Part shown: positions 11,920 to 21,800 of the stretch, in pieces
Numbering within the stretch: the stretch's first letter is position 1
How the letters are laid out: the number at the start of each line of letters is the position of its first letter
DNA from: Rhynchopus sp. YZ270_cl-10
Lineage: Eukaryota
Length of the DNA: 64,000 nt
Direction: 5' to 3'
Assembly (NCBI GenBank): GCA_964035575.1
Contig: OZ037842.1
Location: forward strand, 372,001 to 436,000
The notes under the pieces: model-generated
Seen by the model: the letters and a program-made list of their open reading frames with translations, nothing else
Databases searched by the model: none
Told to the model about the DNA's origin: nothing
Made by a program: the position numbers and the translations under genes

Positions 11920-13084
11920 GGGTAAATTGCGATAACACGTATACTTTTTTTTTCGATTTGCGATAACACGTACACAAAAAGTATACGTGTTATCGCGAAA
12001 AAGTGTACGTGTTTTCGCGAACAAAAACGTACGTGTTTTCCCAGGTACCCAGGTACCCAGGTACCCAGGTACCCAGGTACCCAGGTTTGTCAAGGAAACC
12101 AAACTTTTTGTCACGGAAAAAGTCGTGACAGGGCACTGGGTACTGGGTACACTGTGTACAAGGATAAAAGTCGTGAAAGAGCAACCACAGCTCCACATGA
12201 CAAACACAAAAGTGTCCAGTCACGTGGGGCATTCATGCACTGAGGAGATAATGATCCAACAATTTACAAGAAAGATTACTTAACCTACTGCTGGAAGTTG
12301 CCAGGTCGTAGTAACACACAAAGTGTGCCTCCGTTCGGGAATACCGGATATTCTAGAGACCAAAAAGGCCTCTTCCGCTAGTCAAGGTATAACCGAATGA
12401 ACGGCCCAAGACCCCCGTGGAGAAGTTAAATGTTGTAATGATATCAAGTACAAACTGCGACCACTGTCTTACCCTCCTCAATGCATGGTGGAAGATGTCT
12501 TTGACAACAAATATCCTGTACCCAGGTACCCATATTCCCAGACCCACGCAGTACCACGTCGCAGTACTACGCAAAATTTACCACCAGACCCTGTGTTCGT
12601 GCACCTTAAGTACGTAAGTCTGGTTCCCAGACCCACGCAGTGGCACATGACCGCAAGTGTGAGTGACCCACACAGAGGGATACGCAAAATTTACCACCAG
12701 ACCCTGTCTTCTGAATGTCACACGTACATTTTTTTGAACACTTTTCGCGATAACACGTACATATTTCGCTAAAAAACGGGGTGCTCGCAACCGCGTTCTA
12801 GACCCCCACAGATGCTCAAAAGTGCCAAAATTTGCTTTGAATGTCCTCAAATCGTCGAAATTAGCCATTTTTGGGGCCCAAAAAAAAAAATTCGAGGGTC
12901 TAGGTATGGAGAGCGAGCACCTTAGAAGAAGGAAACACGTACATTTTTGTTCGCGATAACACGTATACTTTTTTGACCACTTTTCGCGATAACACGTACA
13001 CTTTTTCGCGATAACACGTATACTTTTTGTGTACGTGTTATCGCAAATGGAAACAAAAAGTATACGTGTTATCGCAATTTGCCC
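11920..13084. mobile_element. Non-autonomous element F with MULE-like termini (GGGYAAATTGCGATAACACGTATACTTTT) inserted in poly-A
   Basis: ~29-bp TIR with one mismatch, flanked by A19 and A18. Multiple subterminal GCGATAACACGTA repeats. Internal (CCAGGTAC)5 at 12041-12085. Confidence 0.85.
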
Positions 13085-13662
13085 AAAAAAAAAAAAAAAA
13101 AAGTGTGTTTTTAAAAATGTTTTCCGGGCATGCTTTTGAGGTGTTTTTATGGGTGTCTGGTGGAAATTTGGAACTATCTGGGCTCCCGGAGTGACTTTTC
13201 AGCCGCTTTTCACGAAAAAACCGACCCAGAAAGTGATTACAGGCTTGCGATGTTACTGAGTAGGGTATGAGTAGGGTATTTTCAGACCTGTTTTTTGACC
13301 ACAAAAACACCAAAAAACGGCCAAAAAAAGCAAAACAGGTCGGAATGGACTCACAGGACCTCCCTGGGGCAATTTTGTGCCCAAGCAGCTGTCATGATGT
13401 CAAAATTTTGCTGTTTTTTTGATTTTTTTCACCAAAAATGGCCATTTTACCCAACATGGCCAAAACCGTCAAAAAGCCACTTTTTCACTATTTTTTTGCA
13501 TTTTATCATATTCTGGGTCGCCCTTAGCATGAATTTTCGGGTCACAGGGTGTTTCTGACCCATTTCTGGGGTGTTTTCCGACCAGAGGTGACCAGGAAAT
13601 GGCCCAAAACACCAAAAATAATAAAAGTGACAAAAATTCCTTCGGGAGTCGCTGCCCCTAGG

Positions 13663-14412
13663 CATAGGTGCCCGGCGAGTTAAAACAACTCGGCAACTCG
13701 CCCAAATTCGGCCAACAACTCGCCCATTTTTTTTGGGCGAGTTGTTTTTTTTTGGGATTTTTTATGGCTACAAAAACACAGGTACACAGGTACACAGGTA
13801 CACAGGTACACAGGTACACAGGTACACCACATCACGTTTTATCTTGTGCATCCCACGCTTCACAGCTGGTCTGTGAATGTGCGCTTTGTGTGGTTTTGTG
13901 TATCCCAAAGGAAGTCGTCGCCCAAAGCATTTTGACTAAACGTGTGAACGTTGTGAACCTGGAATCGATAGCAGACAGGAAAAGAGGATGGGCAGGCAGC
14001 GCCTGCCCGACCTGTGTGAAGTGAATCCCCCCAGCAATTACCAAAAACCGTGAGTGTGCACGGTGGCCCATGGACCACCACGACCTAGTTACCACCTATG
14101 ACTAGTCATATGACAAGGTGCATGTAATGAGTGGCGTTTGGCCTTAGCCCTGGTTGTTTTTCTTGAGATTATGTGTTGTACCAACGTTACATGTGTGTAA
14201 CCTTACAACGTCACCTCCCATCCCTGTATGTTTTTGCCTGTAAAAATGGGCGAGTTGTGGCCGAGTTGTGGCCGAGTTGTGCCGAGTATAGGGCGAGTTG
14301 TGCCGAGTATAGGGCGAGTTGTGGCCGAGTTGTCCGAGTTTTTGGGCGAGTTGTTAGGTGAAATCGTAAAGTTCCGACAACTCGCCCAAAAACGACTCGG
14401 CGGGCACCTATG
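13663..14412. mobile_element. MITE-like element A3 (CATAGGTGCCCG..CGGGCACCTATG), relative of A1/A2, flanked by CCTAGG
   Basis: 12-bp perfect TIR. CCTAGG at 13657-13662 and 14413-14418. Subterminal (G/C)CGAGTT repeats. Internal (CAGGTACA)6 at ~13779-13826. Followed by G25. Confidence 0.87.
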
Positions 14413-14597
14413 CCTAGGGGGGGGGGGGGGGGGGGGGGGGGTTTTGGTTTCGATTACTGCAAAGATATTTACACTAGAGAGAAATGTCCTGAAAAAAAAA
14501 AAATATAAAGATCGAGCTTTCTGGACATTCATCCGGATGCATCCGCATTTTTGTTTTTTCCGAATCGCTCAACAGGGTGGTAGACTTCCAACCTCCC

Positions 14598-15817
14598 TCA
14601 GCCGCTTAATGCCCGCAAACTTTCATGTACTCGCAGCTGTAAAATTTTTTTTTTAAAATCACACACACACATCAATACATACCAAATCTCTCCCTTGCTC
14701 CATCACCATTTTTACCACCTCTTCATCTACCTTGGGGAAGAGCCTCATCAGAACCTCTGGGGGGCAGTTCGCGAGCAACTCTACACGCTCTTGCAAGGGA
14801 ATGTGCTCCAGCCCGGCTACGGGGAAGCCACCGTCCCAGATGACCTCACCACCTCCATCACGAGGCGGGGTCACATCCCGCACCCGCGTTGCTTCAAACC
14901 CTGCTCCCCTTGCTTCCACACCCTGCATCGTGTCCAACGGTGTCTCTGGACTCTCGTTGTCCCCTTCCGATGGATGTTCTTCCTCTCTCATGGGTGCCTC
15001 GGCTGTAGGGGGGAGTGGTGCAGCATTCTTGGGTGGCGGGTCGTTGTAGGTCCCATCAGGATTGCGGAGTGTCGGGTCGCTGTGTGTTGGTGCTGCGATA
15101 GGAACGTTCCCGCCCTCGAGGGGGCTGCAGGCGACGGGGCCGTTGTTGTGTGGTGGGGAGGGGGTGGTGTACTGCGGGGAGTTGTACTGTGTGGGTGCGA
15201 GGGGGTCGTAGGTGGGGTTGGCCTGGCGTGTGGAGGAGAAGCGTGTGGGTGCGAGGGGGTCGACCTCGTCGTAGCGTGGCGCACCGTTGCTGGGCTGTGC
15301 GTAGTGTGGTTGTGTTGTGTTGTGTGCGTACTGTGGGTGGTGAGGGTGAGGGGGCTCTTCGTAGCGTGGTTGTGCGTAAGGTGATGGATCGTATGCAGGT
15401 GCAGGTGGTGCGGATCCGTAGTTGTCTGTGCCATGCGGAGGTGCAGTGCTCCTCCGATTGTTATACTGTGCACCATTCTGCATCTGCGCATTCCACTGCG
15501 GTGCAGATGAGCGGTGGGGTGCTTCGCGGATCTGAAGGGGGAGGTGGTGTAATAAAAGAAGTTGGCTGGAATAAAGTGAAGTTGATAGTGAATAAAAGTA
15601 AAAGTGGTTTTTCGAGTGGGGTGTGAATGGTTCGCCCCTTTTATTGGTGCGGAGACGTGCATACCACCACGGAACTCGCATTGCGATCGTCCTGCTTCGT
15701 CGTAGAGGTGTAGGTGTTGTTGTTGCTGTTGTTGGTGTTGTTGTTGTTGCCGGCCCTTCTTATCGGCGCGTCTGGCGGTGCTGTGTCCCGTGGGGGGGTA
15801 TGCCCGCAGTTTCCCAT
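14598..15817 (-). CDS. N-acylated Pro/Tyr-rich protein with a C-terminal CUE-like domain
   Basis: Exons 15817-15665, 15531-14683 and 14636-14598, joined by two phase-0 GTATG..CAG introns. MGNCG start. PEVLMRLFPKVDEEVVKMVMEQGRDL/LRVHESLRALSG* is CUE-like. Confidence 0.8.
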
Positions 15818-16412
15818 TGTTGTGTTGTGTCCTACCTTCCTGCCTGTGTGCAGAGGCAATGTGACTGCGGTGTGGTGTAGAGGTACTGGTGTTGGGGGAG
15901 AGGGGAGAGGGGAGAGGGGCGGGGGAGATCAAATAAAATTTCGCGCGCTATTTTTTTTCCGAAAAAAGGTGCTAAAAAGTTGGCTCTCGACGTCCCAACC
16001 GAAGCAGGGGGAATCTTTCAGAGACTATCATGCAATATCTGCGGACAGACAAACGCTCACCCACTACGCCACGCATGCATGTGATACGAGTCTCGTAACT
16101 CATTTGTTCTGAAGTTCTTTTCTGAAGAAAACTGGGGGGGTCAGGGGAGAGTTCGCCGGTGATGTGTTCTTCTTCTTCAAAGGCACCGGGTTGTGTCCTA
16201 GCAAGGACGGGCATATTAAAATGAGAGTGTGGAACATATCAGGAGCAACATAGCTCGAACGGAGGTGGGATGGGGGACACAACACAAATCACACGAAGAC
16301 ACAAACGTAAAACAATCATATAAAAAACCTATCGTACAAACTTTGATAAACGTAGTTTTATAATGCGTAGTGATCTTCTCCTTAAAGTGCACTCAAAACT
16401 ACCACAACCGAC

Positions 16413-17534
16413 TTAGTTAGTCTTGTCGCAGATGTACACACCAGCGGGAAGCTTCTTCGAGTCCTCAAGAGTCCAGCACTTGCTCGGGAGAGCACCACAC
16501 TTGCACCAGGTGCATCCAGCGTCGGCGTCGCAGCTGTCCTGGTCGGGCTCGCTGCATGCGTCCTTGACAGCGACAGGTGCCGGAGGGGAAGGGGCAGAGG
16601 TCTTGTCGCAGATGTACACACCAGCAGGGAGCTTCTTCGAGTCCTCAAGAGTCCAGCACTTGCTCGGGAGGGCACCGCACAGGCACCAGGTGCATCCAGC
16701 GTCGGCGTCGCAGCTGTCCTGGCTAGAGTAGGTGCACGCGTCCTTCACAGCAACAGGTGCCGGAGGGGCAGAGGTCTTGTCGCAGATGTACACTCCAGCA
16801 GGGAGCTTCTTCGAGTCCTCAAGGGTCCAGCACTTGCTCGGGAGAGCACCACACTTGCACCAGGTGCATCCGGCGTCAGCGTTGCAGCTGTCCTCGTCGG
16901 ACTCGCTGCACGCGTCCTTCACGGCAACAGGTGCCGGAGGGGAAGGGGCAGAGGTCTTGTCGCAGATGTACACTCCAGCTGGGAGCTTCTTCGAGTCCTC
17001 AAGAGTCCAGCACTTGCTCGGGAGAGCACCACACTTGCACCAGGTGCACCCAGCGTCGGCGTTACAGCTGTCCTCATCGGGCTCGCTGCACGCATCCTTG
17101 ACAGCAACAGGTGCCGGAGGGGCAGAGGTCTTGTCGCAGATGTACACTCCAGCTGGGAGCTTCTTCGAGTCCTCAAGAGTCCAGCACTTGCTCGGGAGAG
17201 CACCACACTTGCACCAGGTGCATCCGGCGTCAGCGTTGCAGCTGTCCTCGTCGGACTCGCTGCACGCGTCCTTCACGGCAACAGGTGCCGGAGGGGAAGG
17301 GGCAGAGGTCTTGTCGCAGATGTACACACCAGCGGGAAGCTTCTTCGAGTCCTCAAGAGTCCAGCACTTGCTCGGGAGAGCACCACACAGGCACCAGGTG
17401 CATCCAGCGTCGGCGTCGCAGCTATCCTGGCTAGAGTAGGTGCATGCTTCGTAGTCGTTCTTGAGTCCGAGGGAGCGGACCTCGACCTGTGCAGCAACGC
17501 ACACAGGCAAGACAGCGAGGACGAGACGCAGCAT
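16413..17534 (-). CDS. Secreted Cys-rich tandem-repeat protein (373 aa, six PSI-like repeats)
   Basis: Signal-peptide-like MLRLVLAVLPVCVAA from the ATG at 17534. Six near-identical units containing CxxxxxxxCxADAGCTWCxCGALPSKCWTLEDSKKLPAGVYIC. No TM or GPI tail; intronless. Confidence 0.88.
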   Translation of the reverse strand: MLRLVLAVLPVCVAAQVEVRSLGLKNDYEACTYSSQDSCDADAGCTWCLCGALPSKCWTLEDSKKLPAGVYICDKTSAPSPPAPVAVKDACSESDEDSCNADAGCTWCKCGALPSKCWTLEDSKKLPAGVYICDKTSAPPAPVAVKDACSEPDEDSCNADAGCTWCKCGALPSKCWTLEDSKKLPAGVYICDKTSAPSPPAPVAVKDACSESDEDSCNADAGCTWCKCGALPSKCWTLEDSKKLPAGVYICDKTSAPPAPVAVKDACTYSSQDSCDADAGCTWCLCGALPSKCWTLEDSKKLPAGVYICDKTSAPSPPAPVAVKDACSEPDQDSCDADAGCTWCKCGALPSKCWTLEDSKKLPAGVYICDKTN

Positions 17535-17689
17535 TATGCTTCTTATTTCTGCAGTGGCATTGCGTGGGGCGGGAGAGGGGAGAGGGGAGGGGAGGTGCAC
17601 AGCAACACTGTGCAAAGAGCATGGAGATAAGACATGAGGCCCAAGTTTTCAAACTGTTCTTCTTTTCCGTTCTTTTGTTGTTCTTATTT

Positions 17690-17750
17690 TTTGTTTTTTT
17701 TTGAAAACTTGGTTGTATTAGTGTAGACACCCGAGGATGAACTCCACTAT
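17690..17750 (-). repeat. Short dispersed repeat R4 (hairpin plus A-rich tail on minus); other copies at ~37832-37893 and ~47003-47043
   Basis: TTGAAAACTTGGTTGTATTAGTGTAGACACCCGAGGATGAACTCCACTAT is identical at 17.7 kb and 37.9 kb and degenerate at 47.0 kb. Confidence 0.85.
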
Positions 17751-18800
17751 TTTGTTTTTTTTGTTGTTTTGAACCCAAAAGATGGGACACATAATGGCGC
17801 ATGGCACCTTGGTAAGGGTGGGACCTGGGGGGGGTTGCTTTGCTGTGGGGAACCATTTATTTTTTTCTGGCTTGGAGGAGGAAAGAAGCATTTTAAAATG
17901 AACGACAGGGTTGGGATCGAGACGTGTATCGGGTTTCTTTTTCATTGAACCCAACCCGAATGTAGTTTACTTTGCTCTTCTGAGGGGAGTTTTTTTTCTT
18001 TTTTTTTTTTTTGCGGCACACATTTTGTGTAAGTCAGTGTAACTGGAAATAGGGCGAAGGGGGGTGGGAGAAGCAAAACATGGATGAATGGAAAGAAAAT
18101 GCCATTCTTTATGGGGCGTGGGATGTGGGAAGAGGGGACGAGGTTAAAGCACAAGGAATGATGGGGAGAAGGGGGGAGGGAAGGAGCAGTGGGGAAAATG
18201 GGTGTAAAAATAAAAAGAAAATAAACGAAGGAGGAACCTCAGAATTTTTCCCCACTAAAAAAAAATCAGGCTCTCCTATCAAATAGGGAACCTGTGCTTA
18301 TGTGATACTGTTCGTATCTTTTTTAACGACCAACTTTTTTATCTACAATCACCCCCCAAAAAAGGACGGTATTGCACTCAATGTCAGCCAAAAGGGTTTG
18401 GGTATTAAAGCGGTCGTATTTCACAATTACCCTAGCCAATATTGATGTACACGATGCAATCTTGCACAACCGTTTCGGGTTGCGCTCCGAATGTATCGGG
18501 TATCCTTTTTTTGTTCTGTTGGCAATCTGATAGTAATGTAGCGTGCCCATTCGGATAGTCTTTGCACTATCAAATTTTTGTGTTGACGATCCGGAATTTT
18601 CCTTGGATTTTTTTTTAGGGGAATTGTAAAGTAAAAACCCCGTTCGTCTTTTGTTTGGTATGCTACCTACTTCATACACAAAATAAAAAATAAAAATGGG
18701 GGTGTATCGTGCATGCACCTCCAAAAAAGGGTGGGGGGGATCGAGGGGGTTTTTGTCTCTCTTTTTTTTTCGTTCTCGCAGTATCCTCGACCTTCGTCTT

Positions 18801-21800
18801 CTACTCCACTGTACACAGCAAGCAGGCTCCGCGCAGCTGTTATAAAAAATGTTGATTTTAAAATTTTTCCAGAGAAAAAAAAATGCATACCTGCCAATGG
18901 TGTTTTTCTTCTTCACAGCTGAGGGAGACGTCGAAGATCCAGTTGATGTCATTTCTTCTGGGATATTTGTAGCACGGGCAGTCGAACTTGTTGATGACCT
19001 GTTTGTTCTGCCTTTGCCCGGGCTGCTTTTTGCCGTCGTCCTGCTGCACGGCGGTGACGTACAACACGGGCAGCTCTTTCGGCGGTTCCTTGGGCAGTGG
19101 GTCCTTCAGCCTCTGGCGGGCCTTATCCCATCCGGCACCTTCCAGATAGAGTCCGAACACGTACACACCTTCCGAGGGCGGTCTGTCGACCTCATGCTTC
19201 TCCATCTTCTGCACCTCTGTTTTGAGCACGACGTCATCCAGCGCCCATCCTTCGTTCTTGTGCCCTCTGGTCACCTCCTGCCGCACAGAGGTCAAGAACC
19301 CTTGCGGGTTGTAAAACCCGGTCAGCCAGAATTTCGGGGGACGGTCCTCCTTCGTCCACGAGTCGAGCTGGCGTTGTCTTGACAGAACCTCTTCAAACCA
19401 CATTCCCATAGTAGGCGATGGCCACGAAACAATCTCCCAGCGGGGTGGCACCTTCGCGTCGTAGATGGAGTCTCTTGCCTCCTGGAGGTTGGCAGTCATC
19501 ACAACGACACCAGCGATGGCAAGCTTGAGGTCCTTCAGGGTGCTTCTGATCAGCTTGATGCAGATGTTAAGACGTTCGATCTCCTGTCTGCAGAAGATGT
19601 TCAACGGAAGCTGTGCGTTAATCTTCTTCAACATGTCGCGCACCACATCCAAACGCCACTCTGCCGGGAGACGCTTCAGGAAGTCGTTGGCCATTTCCAC
19701 CACCACCTCGTCGGGGGACTTTCCGCCACCTCCTCCGGATCCTCTGGGCTGGATGTCAAGGATCTTACCCAGGGTCTGCTGGCACTGTCTCGTTCTGTAG
19801 ATGATGTCTGCGTTGGAGTGCAGACCAAACACCTCCGGTGGGTCGACCTCAGGGTAGTTGTCGAGGAACTCCTTGTGCTTCACGTACTCCTCGAAGTTGG
19901 GAATGCCGTAGCCCACCCCGCCATTGGGGAACTGGTAGAATTTGTAGTCCGGCTGCAGGATCTTGTCGTTCATGCACACCTCGCAGATCGTGTTGAACAT
20001 GACACGATCCTTGTTGTCGGTGATTCTCCCTCCGTATTGGATCTCAGAGATCATGTACCTGCAGGTGATCCACGAAACGGACGCACCCTTCTTCACGTCG
20101 TCACCAATCGCGGTCATGTGGTTCTGCAAGAACTGCACCGACGCCTGCCAGTCGCCCTGGTTGAACTCGTAGGGAATGCAGAACCCGATCGGCCCGAACT
20201 TCCTCCTCTCCACAACGTTGCTGTGGATGAAGCACTGCGCGAAGAGCATCGGCTTCCACTCTGGGCGGCGGTATGAGTCGAGCATCTCTTGGTTGAACCA
20301 TCCGTACGACCTCTTGATGCCTGCCTTGATGCCGGGTGGGGGTTCGTTCGTCAGCTTGATGGACATTTGGAGGAGACCGATCGGGAACTTCGGGTGGGGT
20401 TCACTGGTAATCAGCACACGGGCCTCTTCTCCCACAATATCTGGGTCCACCTTAACAAGCGTGTCCTCCAGGTCTGCCAAGAACTTCAGTCCTAAATGGC
20501 AGTTCTGCAGCAACGCCCATTCACCTGACCCGACGAAGGACTGCATGGTAGCCTCCATGGCGGCCTGCTCCTGACCCTGACCCATGGAGATACCTCCTTG
20601 CGGGATGATCTGCTTCTTGCGCTTCTTCGCAGATGCTTCAATGAGTGCAGACGGGTCGGAACCCTGCGACAGCAGGAAGATGATCGGGGTGAGCCCTGTG
20701 GTCTGGTCGATGACGGCCTCGAAGTCGAGCTGCAGGGGCTCTGCGAAGTCCTTCCCGAGCACAGTGCCCACGTAGTTGAGTGCGGCAAGCATTGCACGGT
20801 CCTCGCGCAGTGCACGTACCACAAGGAGGCGGTCAAAGGGCTCCAGCTTGTCGTCAATCTCGGGTACAGGTGTCGCCTCAGGGCATTCAATGTCGTACCA
20901 CTCCTTCCATGGCCGCTCAGACCTCGCAATGCAGTCGGGAAGCATCTTGAACGCCTTCGGTGCCCCCTCGGAAAGCGCAATAATGTTCAGCCACGCCTTG
21001 TCCGGCAGCCACTGGAACGGCTTCACTCTGCTCTCCGCAATCGACAGCGCAGCTCCTCCCTTCAAAAGTGTTTGGAACGCTTCGTGCGACAGCTTGCTTG
21101 TGTCGCGCGAGTTGAGCTTGATCTTGCACGCCATGGTCAGCACAAAGAGAAGACGATGCGCAGAGAAGAGACCACGTGTCATGTACTCGAACACAATCTT
21201 GGTCATGAGGTTGATGACGTTCGTGATACGCTTTGCTGTGAGCTGTGCCTTCTCGGAGTACTTGATGGCGTCGTGGAAGAGACCCAGGAACTGCGGGAGC
21301 GAGGTCTGGTACATGTTGCTGACGTTTGACATGTCGACGATTAGGAAATAAAGAACGGACCCTCTCAGGGCAACGGGACGGTACTCCTCAGAAGCGGAGT
21401 TGATGCGCTTCCTTGTCTCCTGCGCAACAGCAAGCTTCTCCTTGATTTCAGCAGACGCCTTCTTCGCGTCTGCCAGCGTCGCAATCAGCTCGTCGTCGTC
21501 AATCAGGTTCCCCTTCGACGCTGCAAGCTGTGCCAGCAGACGGTCCTCAAACTCCTTCAAACGCTTCTCGTTGTTGTTGACCTCCTCAATCAGCTTCGCA
21601 CGCTCCTCTTCCAATTCGTGCTTCTCCTTTCCAATGACCTGGCCAAGGAGTTGCTGCTCGAGTCCTCCCATGGTCACAGTCATGTCAATCACAAGCGTCT
21701 TCGCGAAGAGCTCGGGAGTGAACAGTGGGTTGGGGAGACGTGTGGTCAGCACCATCTTGAACTCCTCGTCGTAGTCGTGCGGCTTGTCGTTGATCATGAT

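Larger units (their letters stand above)
8006..13660. mobile_element. Foldback DNA transposon D (TAGGGGCAGCGACTCCCG termini, ~560-bp near-perfect inverted arms) carrying 4.5 kb of nested inserts
   Basis: Arms 8006-~8568 and ~13097-13660 are reverse complements. The arm interior is homologous to the arms of B. Preceded by G18. Confidence 0.88.

Noticed and set aside
17535..17615. Upstream extension of the Cys-rich ORF (MHSVAV...)
   Set aside because: Non-ATG start running through the pyrimidine tract; the ATG at 17534 begins a clear signal peptide.
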